Positions 37,656-46,982 of a DNA stretch of 64,000 bases are shown here, piece after piece. The number at the start of each line of letters is the position of its first letter. Position 1 is the stretch's first letter. Under the pieces are notes generated by a model. It did not search any database and was not told the DNA's origin. It saw only the letters and a program-made list of their open reading frames with translations. Where the stretch lies: positions 1-64,000 of the forward strand of contig JACPUC010000010.1 in the NCBI GenBank assembly GCA_016192455.1, read 5' to 3'. Position numbers and translations under genes: made by a program. This stretch comes from Candidatus Tectimicrobiota bacterium. GTDB lineage: Bacteria; JACPUC01.

Positions 37656-38654
37656 CTATGCGGCCTCGCGGCGAATCGCCTCGAGCGCCTCGCGGACGAA
37701 CACCTCGATCATATGCTTCTTGTACTTCGTGGAGACAAACCCCGTCTGGATGAAGCGATCGGCGCTGGCGGCCCGGCGGCTTGCCTCCGCAATGGCGTCA
37801 TCGTCGAGCGCCGTGCCGCGCAGCGCCTCCTCGGCCTTCGGCACCCGCAGCGGGTAACTCGTCACCGCGGAGAGGGCGATGCGCGCCTCGGCGCACTTCC
37901 CGCCGCCGTCGCGACGCGCCGCCACCGCCACGCTGAGGAGCGGAAAGTCGATGGAGCCGCGCTGCCGCAGCTTCTTGTAGTCCCCGCGCCAGCCGTTCGC
38001 CGGGGCGGCGGCGTGGGGCAGGAGCACCTCGGTGATGAGCTCGCCGCGCCGCAGCGTGAAGGGCGCCTTGCCGTCGCGCGCGAAGAGCTCGCCGACGCCG
38101 ATGCTACGCACCCCTTGCGGCCCCCTGAGCGTGAGGAGAGCTTCACAGCACATCAGGGCCGGGGCGGTGTCGCCGTGGTAGGTGGCGTAGCACACCTGCG
38201 GCTTGTTGGCGATGTAGCACTGCTCGCCGCAGGCTTTATAGCAGAGCGGTCGAGCTTTGCGCCAGAAGTGCGTCTGGTTGTAGTAGCGGCAGCGGGTGTT
38301 CTGGCAGAGGTTGCCGGCAACCGTCCCCATCATCTGGTGGTGCTCGGCGCCCACCGAGCGCGCCGCCTCGGCGACGAGCGGGTAACGCTCGCGCACCAGC
38401 GGCGAGCCGAGCATCTCGAAGAGCGTCGTGGCGGCGCCGATGGCCACGCCCTCGTCGGTCTCGCGGATGTACTGCAGCTCCCTCAGGTTCTTGACGTCGA
38501 TGACGAGCTTCGGCTGCACGACGCGGTGCTTGATGTTGATGGTGATGTCGGTGCCGCCGCCGAGCATCACCGCTTCCTCGGCGCGCGCCGCGAGCACGGC
38601 GCAGGCATCCTCCAGCGTCTCTGGCTCGGCAAACTCGAACTTCGCCAGCCGCAT
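37656..38654 (-). CDS. FAD subunit with an extra Cys-rich insert, 4-hydroxybenzoyl-CoA reductase beta (HcrB)-like
   Basis: GGGTD, IGAATTL, NLCQNTRCRYYNQTHFWRK..LCYKACGEQC, KLRQRGSIDFP. Confidence 0.88.
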   Translation of the reverse strand: MRLAKFEFAEPETLEDACAVLAARAEEAVMLGGGTDITINIKHRVVQPKLVIDVKNLRELQYIRETDEGVAIGAATTLFEMLGSPLVRERYPLVAEAARSVGAEHHQMMGTVAGNLCQNTRCRYYNQTHFWRKARPLCYKACGEQCYIANKPQVCYATYHGDTAPALMCCEALLTLRGPQGVRSIGVGELFARDGKAPFTLRRGELITEVLLPHAAAPANGWRGDYKKLRQRGSIDFPLLSVAVAARRDGGGKCAEARIALSAVTSYPLRVPKAEEALRGTALDDDAIAEASRRAASADRFIQTGFVSTKYKKHMIEVFVREALEAIRREAA

Positions 38655-38945
38655 GGAATCTCCTCTCCGCAACGCCGACACGCCGGCGCCCACCCCCGCC
38701 CCCCGGCGCAGCGGGCCCGGCGCTCGGGAGGGGCGGCGGTGATGCCGCCCCGTGCCTCTCTCATGCTCTGCGCTCCGCCTCAGCCATGGCAGGATAACGC
38801 CGAGGTGAAGCTGGATCGATTCACATCTCTTCAAGCATAGATAGGCGGAAGAGAAAAAGCTCCACCTCTTTACGACAGCGCGGCGAGCCCTCGCGCCGCC
38901 GCAGCCTCGGTCCCCCAGCCGACCGCCGCGCGTGCTTGGCGCGCC

Positions 38946-39905
38946 TCAGCCCCCCAGCTTGACGCCGCAGACGCCGCAGAAGGCGAAGTCCGCCGGCAGG
39001 CCCTTGGCGCCGCACTGCGGGCAGAGGTGCTTGTAATGCCCCCAGAGGAACTCCGAGGACTTGCCGTCGCGCGCCCGCTCGCGCACCATGCGGTATTGCG
39101 TGGGGCGCTTCTCGACGAAGGAGGTCATGCCTTCGTACGGCTCGATCGAGGCGTAGTGCAGCGTCAGCCAGTCGCGCGCGTGGCCCACCGTCAGGTTCCA
39201 GCCCAGGTCGCGCCAGAAGTTGGTCTGCTGGCGGGTGTAGCGGGTGCATTCGGGAAACTTGTCGATGAGCTTTTCGCACATCGTGGCGACGGCCTTGTCC
39301 AGCTCCGCCATCGGCACGACCTCGTTCACCAGGCCCCAGGCGAGGGCCGTCTTGGCGTCCACCCACTCGTTCAGCCAGAGAATCTGCCGCGCCCGCCGGT
39401 CGCCGACGATGATCGGCAAGAGCTGCGTGGCGCCCGCCGCGGCGACGCTGCCGACGCTCGTCCCCACCTGGCGGATTTTCGCGTGCTCGGCGGCGATCGC
39501 CAGGTCGCAGCTCAGGTTGATCTCATTGCCGCCGCCCACCACCATGCCGTTGAGGCGCGCGATGGAGGGCTTGCCGAGGTTGCGCAGCAGATCATGCACC
39601 TGGTTGAAGGCGTAGAACCACTTGTAGTACTCGCGCGGCTTCGAGAGGAGGTCGGTGGTATACTCCTTCACGTCGCCGCCGGTGCAGAAGGCTTTCTCGC
39701 CGGCTCCCGTCATGACGACCACGGCCACCCCGTCATCCCAGGAAGCATCCTGCAGCGCCTGCACCATCTCCAGGATGCACTGCCCGTTGAGGGCGTTGTA
39801 GACCTTCTCCCGGTTGATCGTGATGGTGGCCACCCAGTCCTTCTTGGTGTAGAGAATCTCGTCGAAGTTGAAGTCTTCTGCGGGTCGCGGATCAAACTTG
39901 CCCAT
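38946..39905 (-). CDS. Crotonase-family hydrolase, Oah/BamA-like, with a C-terminal zinc ribbon
   Basis: AFCTGGDVKEY, KPSIARLNGMVVGGGNE, KFPEC; CPQCG...CGVCG tail. Confidence 0.8.
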   Translation of the reverse strand: MGKFDPRPAEDFNFDEILYTKKDWVATITINREKVYNALNGQCILEMVQALQDASWDDGVAVVVMTGAGEKAFCTGGDVKEYTTDLLSKPREYYKWFYAFNQVHDLLRNLGKPSIARLNGMVVGGGNEINLSCDLAIAAEHAKIRQVGTSVGSVAAAGATQLLPIIVGDRRARQILWLNEWVDAKTALAWGLVNEVVPMAELDKAVATMCEKLIDKFPECTRYTRQQTNFWRDLGWNLTVGHARDWLTLHYASIEPYEGMTSFVEKRPTQYRMVRERARDGKSSEFLWGHYKHLCPQCGAKGLPADFAFCGVCGVKLGG

Positions 39906-40208
39906 CGTCTCCCTCTCGTCTTCCCAAAACTCGCCCCGTCACCTGATGGTGCCGTCCACAACCGCGGCGACGCACCGTCAACCTGCCCGCCTCCTCCCCC
40001 CCATTCCTGATGCTCGGAGACCAGACTCTCGTGGCCTTGCCGTAGTACCCCCTCCGCCGCTGCCTGGCACGCCCTGATCCGCAGTGCGGAGAGGAGCTCC
40101 CCGCGCGTGTTTCGCGCCGCACCTTCCGGCGACAGCCACAAGGCCACCCAAGCGCGGCGCCGATCGACGCAGCGTTGGCACGGGGAATGGAGCCACCCTA
40201 CCATGTCC

Positions 40209-40246
40209 GGCCGGGCAGCGTCAATCACCTGGCCGGGTAGCGTCAA
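40209..40246. promoter_or_regulatory. 16-bp direct repeat GGCCGGG(C/T)AGCGTCAA with a 22-bp period
   Basis: Copies at 40209-40224 and 40231-40246, one mismatch. Confidence 0.5.
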
Positions 40247-40380
40247 GAGAGGCTCGCGGGAAAGGCTAAAAGAGGGAAGGAGGGCGCGGAGGGGCATCCC
40301 AGGAGGGAGGATTCGTCACCCCCGATTTCCGCACCGGCTGGTCTCGCCTCAAGCACAGGAGGGGAGAGGCGCCGGGGGGA

Positions 40381-41373
40381 TTAGAGCTCGCTGCTCACGA
40401 GGCGCAGCTCTTCCATGACCTCGCCAGCTTGAACCCGTTCGATGCACGCGAAATCCCTGCCGCCGAGCAAGTAGTCGGCGTCGCGCTGCACGATCTCCAG
40501 CCGCACCGCGTGGTCGCCCGCCTGCACCACGAGACCGGCCGAGTCCGTGGCGAGGACCTTTCCCGGCAGCGCCTTCCGCCCTTCCTTGCGCCATTCCTCC
40601 AGCAGCCGGGAGGGAACAGGGCTGAGACAGGCCTTGAAGACGAACAGGACACCGTCGCGAAAACGCGTCCGCGCGCCGACATTCGGATTACAGGCGCGCA
40701 CCAAGTTGACGATGGCTTGGGCGCGGCCATGCCAGTTGATGTTGAAGTCGTTCTGACTCGGCCGGCGCTGGTAGGCCATGGCGGTGACGCCTTGGGGCCG
40801 ACGCGGCAACTGCGTGGGGTGCGCCTCGAGGAGGTCCATGACCTCGCGGACCATTTCGACGGCAACCACGTCGAGACGGCGCGCCAGGGTTCCCCAGGTG
40901 TCGTGCACCAAGATCGGCAGGCGGTGTTGGAGCACGATGTCGCCGCTGTCGAAGGTCTCCTCCATGAGGTGGATGGTGAGCCCGGTTTCGAGGTCCCCGT
41001 CGTGCAGCGCCCAGAAGTACGGATCAGGCCCACGGTGCAGCGGCAGTAACGAGGGGTGCCAGTTCAATGCCCCCAGGCGGGGGAGGCGCAGGACCTCCGG
41101 AGGCAGGCGGTGCTGGTAGGCGATGGAGAAAATGATGTCAGCCCGGCATTCATGGCGCAGCCAGGCGAGGAATTGCCGGCTGCGCAGATCAGCCGGGGCC
41201 TGGGTCGGGATACCCATTGCCTCGGCGAGTGTCAACAGATCGGCATCCACGTCTCCTTCCTGGGCGGAGACCACGAGGCCGGTGACGGCGGCCCCGCGCT
41301 CCAGGAGTTGATCCAAACAAAGGGCTGTCACCTCGCCGCTGCCGAACAGGACAATGCGAAACTCCTGGGCCAT
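40381..41373 (-). CDS. Formyltransferase, methionyl-tRNA formyltransferase-like
   Basis: NWHPSLLPLHRGPDP, GLTIHLM...FDSGDI, plus C-terminal Fmt domain. Confidence 0.85.
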   Translation of the reverse strand: MAQEFRIVLFGSGEVTALCLDQLLERGAAVTGLVVSAQEGDVDADLLTLAEAMGIPTQAPADLRSRQFLAWLRHECRADIIFSIAYQHRLPPEVLRLPRLGALNWHPSLLPLHRGPDPYFWALHDGDLETGLTIHLMEETFDSGDIVLQHRLPILVHDTWGTLARRLDVVAVEMVREVMDLLEAHPTQLPRRPQGVTAMAYQRRPSQNDFNINWHGRAQAIVNLVRACNPNVGARTRFRDGVLFVFKACLSPVPSRLLEEWRKEGRKALPGKVLATDSAGLVVQAGDHAVRLEIVQRDADYLLGGRDFACIERVQAGEVMEELRLVSSEL

Positions 41374-41984
41374 ACCACCCCTCCAGAGGCCCGCCGCCGG
41401 GGACGGCCTCTCGCCTTGCGCAGGCTCACGACAAGCCTTACCTCGCTAGACCACGAGCTGTGGGAATCACGCTACGGCGCAACGGCGGACTCAGCGGGGA
41501 GAGGTCCAAGATAGACCTCCCGACCCTCTCCGCGTCGAGAGCCGACGCCGATCCCTATCTGCGCCGCGGCGGCCTCCTCTGCTCTCCTCCCGGCACAAGC
41601 TGCAAGGCCCGGCCGGGGGGAAGCTCTCCTTGCGGAGACGGTCGCCGCGCGCGGATCAATCCGTGGCGAGGAAGATCACCGTTATCGCTCTGGAGGATGC
41701 GTCAAGGTGAAGATGCCCCCCTTCCTCCGTGGGCTGGGTGGGATCTTTCACGGTTTTGTGACATCTTTGTAAAGGCAAGAACCGTACCACCCGTGGAGCC
41801 GCGAAGGCATTGTTCGACTGGCTTGATTTTCCTTGCTGTTGGCGCCGCTACGGCGATAGAATTTTGACGCACTGCGGCGGCGGAACCCCCGCCACGCCAG
41901 GTTGCCGAATCCTGGAACAGGATGCCTCGAGCCGCAGGTCGCAACTGCTTCGTCCTCGGTTGTCGCAATAGGTGGCGCACCTTG

Positions 41985-42689
41985 ATGTCCGAGCCAAGCC
42001 CCGCTTTCCAGTACTGTGACGTCTACCTCGCCGGCGTGCGGAAGGCGTTCGGCCCACGCCAGCCGGTGCTCGTCGAGGTGACGCTGGACGTCCTGCACGG
42101 GGAGTTCGTGCTCCTGACCGGCCCCAGCGGCGCCGGAAAATCGACGCTCCTGCGCCTCCTCCATGGCGAGCTCCGTCCCGATGCCGGCGAGGCCGTGGTC
42201 CTGGGGACCGACCTCGCGACGCTGCGCGCCTCGCAGGTGCACCTGCTGCGCCGCCAGGTGGGCATGATCTTCCAGGACTTCAAGCTCTTGCCCCGGCGCA
42301 CCCTCTTCGACAACGTCGCCCTTGGCCTGCGGGTCCTCGGGCAGCCGCGCCGCGCCATCGAGCGGCGCGTGCGCCACCTCCTCCATTGGGTGGGCCTGGG
42401 GCGCAGGGTTGCTGACTACCCCGGCTCGCTCTCCGGCGGCGAGCAGCAACGCGCCGCCGTGGCGCGCGCCGTCGCGGCGGAGCCGCGCCTCCTGCTGGCT
42501 GATGAACCGACGGGCAACCTCGACGCGGCGAACGCCCTCGACATCCTGCAGCTCCTCAGCGAGCTGAATCTGCGCGGCACCACGGTGCTCCTCGCCAGCC
42601 ACGATGCGTCGCTGCAGCAGCACCTCGAGGCCCGCGTCATGACCCTTGAGCACGGCAAGGTGTTGGGGAGCCATGGGGCGAACCGCTAG
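41985..42689 (+). CDS. ftsE: Cell division ABC ATPase FtsE
   Basis: GPSGAGKST, IFQDFKLL, LSGGEQQR, DEPTGNLD; gene context. Confidence 0.92.
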   Translation: MSEPSPAFQYCDVYLAGVRKAFGPRQPVLVEVTLDVLHGEFVLLTGPSGAGKSTLLRLLHGELRPDAGEAVVLGTDLATLRASQVHLLRRQVGMIFQDFKLLPRRTLFDNVALGLRVLGQPRRAIERRVRHLLHWVGLGRRVADYPGSLSGGEQQRAAVARAVAAEPRLLLADEPTGNLDAANALDILQLLSELNLRGTTVLLASHDASLQQHLEARVMTLEHGKVLGSHGANR

Positions 42690-43590
42690 CCGCACCTCCT
42701 CCTACCTCTCCGAGATCGTCGCGAACCTGCGGGCCGCCTCGGGCTCAAGTCTGGCCGCGGTGCTCACCATCGCCGCGGTCGTCGCCATCTTCGGGGCGCT
42801 GGTGATGCTGCGGGCGACCCTCGATGAGACCGCCCGCGTTTGGGAGCGGCTGACGCCGGTCGTCCTCTTCCTCGAGGAGAACCTGCCGCTGCCGGAGGTG
42901 CGAGCGCTGCGGACGCGCCTGCGACGCCAGCCGGGCGTGCTGGAGATCGAGTTCATCAGCAAGGAGGAGGCGCTCCAGGAGTTCCAGGACGCCTCCCTGC
43001 CGGGTCGTGCCGCGGCGCGCGAGGCGCTGGCATGGCTTGAGGGCAACCCGCTGCCGGCTTCCCTGGTGCTGCGCTACGACCAGGGGGCGCCCAACGCGCC
43101 GGCGGCGCGGGACCTCGTTGCCGAGCTCGCCACCTGGCCCGGCATCGAAGAAGTCGCAACGGGCGCCGACGCCGGCGCTCCGGCAAGGCGCCTGCGCTAC
43201 GCCTTCGGTCCCCTCGCCAGAACCATGGGCGGTCTGCTGGCCCTTGGCCTGCTCGTCGTGGTTGTGAACACGGTGCGGCTGACGATCGCGGCGCGCGGCG
43301 AAGAGGTCGCCATCATGCGCCTTGTCGGCGCCTCGCCGATGTTCATCCGCCTGCCGCTGCTCTGCGAGGGGATGCTCCAGGCGCTGGCGGGGGCGCTCCT
43401 GGCCATCGTTTTCCTTGCAGGGCTGGCGGCCGCCTGGCCGGCCCAACTTCTGCCGCTCCTCCCGGCCGGGGCCGCGCCGCCGCACCTCCAGGTCTTGCCA
43501 CTCTGGCATGCCGTGGGCCTGGTCGCCGCCGCCGCCGCGCTCGGCGTGGTCGGCGGCTTCGTCGCCGTGCGCTGCTACCTGAAGGTGTGA
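42673..43590 (+). CDS. ftsX: Cell division permease FtsX
   Basis: ISKEEAL, NPLPAS, NTVRLTI, IMRLVGA. Confidence 0.92.
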   Translation: MGRTASRTSSYLSEIVANLRAASGSSLAAVLTIAAVVAIFGALVMLRATLDETARVWERLTPVVLFLEENLPLPEVRALRTRLRRQPGVLEIEFISKEEALQEFQDASLPGRAAAREALAWLEGNPLPASLVLRYDQGAPNAPAARDLVAELATWPGIEEVATGADAGAPARRLRYAFGPLARTMGGLLALGLLVVVVNTVRLTIAARGEEVAIMRLVGASPMFIRLPLLCEGMLQALAGALLAIVFLAGLAAAWPAQLLPLLPAGAAPPHLQVLPLWHAVGLVAAAAALGVVGGFVAVRCYLKV

Positions 43591-45161
43591 TGATGCGCTC
43601 GCTGCCCATCCAGCCCGGCCCGCCGATCTCCCGCGACCCTGCCGCGGGGCGCGTGGCGAGGAGGGGGCGCTGGGGCCCGGCGCTCCTCGTCATGCTGCTC
43701 GTCACGGCTGGGGCGTGGTCCGGGGGCGATTTCCACGGTCTTGCCGAGACCCGGACGCTTCCGTCACCCGGCGGCGCGCTTGCGGGCGGCGAGGGTCAGG
43801 GAGAGGCCGCCGCGGCGCGAGTCGCGGCAACGCCGCCCGCCGGCGAGCTCAGCCGGGAGGCGCAGGCCGAGCAGCGCCTCCGCCTGCGCCAGCGCCGCGC
43901 CGCGCGGCGCGAACGGCTGGAGCGCGTCCTCGCGGAGCGCGGCGCGCTCGAGCAGGACCTGGCGACCCTCCAGCGGCGCATCCTCGAGACGGAGCGCGAG
44001 CTGGCAGTCTTCGCCGGCGATCTCGCGGAGCACCAGCGCGCCCTGCGCGGGCTGGAGGAGCACGCCGCGCGGCTGCGCCGCGGCGGGGGTCTCCTGCGGG
44101 AGCGGCTGGGCCAGGGCCTGCGGCGTCTCTACAAGGAGTACAAGCTCGACGCCCTCCACCCCGGGGGAGAATTGCGCGCCGCCCGCCTGCTTCGCCAGGC
44201 GCGCTACGCGGCAGAGGTCGCCGGAGCCGATCTTCAGCTTCTCTACACCTACCAGGCGGCGCGCGACGCGCTGCGCGCAGCCCAGGAGCGCTTCGCCGAG
44301 CGCACCGCGGCGATTGAGACGCTGCGACAGACTTCAGCGGAGAGGCTCCGCGAGCTTGTCGATCTCAGACGCCGCAAGGAGCAGCTCCTCGTCGCCCTCG
44401 TCGATGAGCGCAGCGAGATCGTGGCCAGCATCCAGGACTTCGACACGGCCCTCGCCCGGCTGGGGGAGCCCGCAGAAGCGCCTTCTCCCCCACCCGACGC
44501 CGCGCCGCAGCCCCCTCTGGCGCACCCCGACGGCGAGGCGACGCCGGGCGCGGCGCGCAGGGAGACGCCGGCCGCCGCGGCCGAGGACTTCGCCGCCCTG
44601 AAGGGCACGCTTCCCTGGCCGGCCACCGGCCGCCTTCTGCCCCGACCGCCGATCGCCGGCCTGCCGGCGCTCCCCGATTCTCCGACCGCCCAAGAGGCGC
44701 CCCGAGCTGCAGAAGGCGCGCCGCCCCAGGCGCCGGGAACGACGCCGGCGCCCAACCTGAACGGCGGCGCCAACGGCGCTCCGCAGGCGCGGCAGGAAAC
44801 CGGCGCCGCGGCCGGGTCCCTCGCCCTCCACAAGCGCGAGGCGCGCCTGCAGAGCATCCAGATCAGCGTCGAGCCTGGAGCGCCGGTCCGCAGTGTCGCG
44901 CCCGGCGTGGTCCAATTCGCGGACCTCTTGCCCGGCTACGGTAAGCTCTTGATCATTCACCATGGGAAGGGTTATCATTCATTATATGCAAACCTTGGAA
45001 CGATCCTGGTGCGAGTAGGTGATCAGGTTGAGACACTGCAGCTCGTAGGTGAAGCGGTACGACAACCTGCCACGCCGCCACCTGCCCTCTATTTTGAGTT
45101 ACGGTTCCATGGTATTCCGGAGAACCCGCTTCATTGGCTTGCGGACAAACCAGCCTCATGA
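43587..45161 (+). CDS. envC: EnvC-like murein hydrolase activator (coiled coil plus degenerate M23)
   Basis: Coiled coil, KGTLPWP, GYGKLLIIHH, LYFELR. Confidence 0.85.
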   Translation: MMMRSLPIQPGPPISRDPAAGRVARRGRWGPALLVMLLVTAGAWSGGDFHGLAETRTLPSPGGALAGGEGQGEAAAARVAATPPAGELSREAQAEQRLRLRQRRAARRERLERVLAERGALEQDLATLQRRILETERELAVFAGDLAEHQRALRGLEEHAARLRRGGGLLRERLGQGLRRLYKEYKLDALHPGGELRAARLLRQARYAAEVAGADLQLLYTYQAARDALRAAQERFAERTAAIETLRQTSAERLRELVDLRRRKEQLLVALVDERSEIVASIQDFDTALARLGEPAEAPSPPPDAAPQPPLAHPDGEATPGAARRETPAAAAEDFAALKGTLPWPATGRLLPRPPIAGLPALPDSPTAQEAPRAAEGAPPQAPGTTPAPNLNGGANGAPQARQETGAAAGSLALHKREARLQSIQISVEPGAPVRSVAPGVVQFADLLPGYGKLLIIHHGKGYHSLYANLGTILVRVGDQVETLQLVGEAVRQPATPPPALYFELRFHGIPENPLHWLADKPAS

Positions 45162-45186
45162 ATCGGGGACGGTGGAGGGTCCGACA

Positions 45187-46623
45187 ATGAGTCCCAGACA
45201 AGGCGTCAAGCGCGTCTTACGATCCGGCTTGGTGGTGGTGGTGCTCGCCACCCTCCTGGCGGGGATCACGGCAGGGGTGGTGCTGGCCAAGAGCAGCACG
45301 TATGAGAGCCTGCGGATTTTCTCTGAAGTCCTCCAGCTCGTGCAGTCGAACTACGTGGAGGAGGTGAACAGCGAAGAGCTTCTGCAAGGCTCCATCCGTG
45401 GCATGCTGCGCACCCTCGATCCGCACACGAGCTTCATGCCGCCGGAGATGTTCAAAGAGATGCAGGTGGAGACGGAAGGGAGCTTTGGCGGCCTGGGCAT
45501 CGAGATCACCGTGCGTGATGATCAGCTCACCGTGGTGGCGCCGATCTCCGGCACGCCGGCGGACCGCGCCGGCATCATGCCGGACGACCGCATCATCAAG
45601 GTGGACGGCCAACTCACCAAGAACCTCACGCTCCTCGATGCAGTGCGGCGCATGCGCGGCCCCAAGGGGACCAGCGTCACCATCACGGTGAGGCGCCCCA
45701 ATGAGTTCGAGGCGAAGGACTTCACCCTCACCCGCGATGTCATTCCCATTCGCAGCGTGCGCGCCGAGCTCCTTGAGAAAACCATCGGCTACGTGCGCCT
45801 CACCAACTTCCAGAAGACCAGCACTGATGAGCTGGACAAAGCCCTCCAATCGATGCGGGTGGAGGGGATGACCTCGATCATCCTTGACCTGCGCAACAAC
45901 CCCGGCGGGCTGCTGAACCAGGCGGTCGCCGTCGCCGAGCGCTTCCTCCCGAAGGGGACCTTGATCGTCACCACGAAGGGGCGGAAAGCGAACCAGGACC
46001 TGGTGTACCGGGCTAACTACGACGGCATCGTCTATGACGAGCCGATGATCGCCCTGGTCAACGCCGGCAGCGCCAGCGCGGCGGAGATCGTGGGAGGAGC
46101 GCTCCAGGACCACAATCGGGCGGTGCTCATCGGCGAGCGCAGCTTCGGCAAAGGCTCGGTGCAGACCATCCTGCCGCTGTCGAACGGCTCCGGCCTGCGC
46201 CTCACCACGGCCCGCTACTACACGCCGAGTGGGCGCGTCATCCACAACGAGGGGATCACGCCAAGTATCGTCGTCGCACTGAAGCCGGCCGCCAAGCCGG
46301 AAAAGGGAAGCCCGCAACCGCCCGTCATCCGCGAGCGAGATCTGGAGCGTCGCTTCAAGGGCCTGGAAGAGGAGCAGGTTGAGCCGGAAGAGCCACAGGG
46401 TGAACAACCAGCCGGCGAAGCGCCAGGCGCGCAGCGGGAGAAAAAAAAGGAGACCACCTCGGAGAGCGACGGCGACAAGGCCAAGCCCCGCTCCCGGCGC
46501 GATTTCAGCCTCGACCTTGAGAAGGATGTGCAGCTTCGCCGTGCCGTTGAGCTCCTGAAGAGCTGGCAGATCTTCATGCGCAAGCAGCCCGGGCAGATGA
46601 CCACGAAAGCAGAGGCGCAATGA
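45187..46623 (+). CDS. ctpA: S41 carboxyl-terminal processing protease
   Basis: LDPHT, GLGIEI PDZ, DLRNNPGG, SASAAEI, FGKGSVQ. Confidence 0.95.
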   Translation: MSPRQGVKRVLRSGLVVVVLATLLAGITAGVVLAKSSTYESLRIFSEVLQLVQSNYVEEVNSEELLQGSIRGMLRTLDPHTSFMPPEMFKEMQVETEGSFGGLGIEITVRDDQLTVVAPISGTPADRAGIMPDDRIIKVDGQLTKNLTLLDAVRRMRGPKGTSVTITVRRPNEFEAKDFTLTRDVIPIRSVRAELLEKTIGYVRLTNFQKTSTDELDKALQSMRVEGMTSIILDLRNNPGGLLNQAVAVAERFLPKGTLIVTTKGRKANQDLVYRANYDGIVYDEPMIALVNAGSASAAEIVGGALQDHNRAVLIGERSFGKGSVQTILPLSNGSGLRLTTARYYTPSGRVIHNEGITPSIVVALKPAAKPEKGSPQPPVIRERDLERRFKGLEEEQVEPEEPQGEQPAGEAPGAQREKKKETTSESDGDKAKPRSRRDFSLDLEKDVQLRRAVELLKSWQIFMRKQPGQMTTKAEAQ

Positions 46624-46982
46624 GTTCCTTGCCGGACATCGCCGCGCGCTGCCAGTGAGGCGTGACAAGCGAGGCTGGGAACGTGGCAGGGGTGGAGACG
46701 CTTCGGCCGCGGGAGCAGACGATCCCCGACCCCTTCCCGGGTGTGCGAGGCGCGGCAACGCTTGACAAGGGCGCCAGGCGGCGCGGGGGGGGCCTCGCAG
46801 GCGAGCTCCCGCATCGAGGGGCGCAAAGAGCGCCGCAGGTGGAACGGCGCGCCCGACGCGCGCCCTCCCTGAGCCTCCTCACCTTCGGGGAGTCGAAACC
46901 CTGTCCATGACGCCGCAGCCGAGGGTTCGTCCCTCGCGCTGCCGCATCCTCCTCCCAGCACCTCTCGCTCCGTCGGTCGGCA

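Noticed and set aside
43587-45161. Missing zinc ligands in the M23 domain
   Set aside because: Normal for EnvC.
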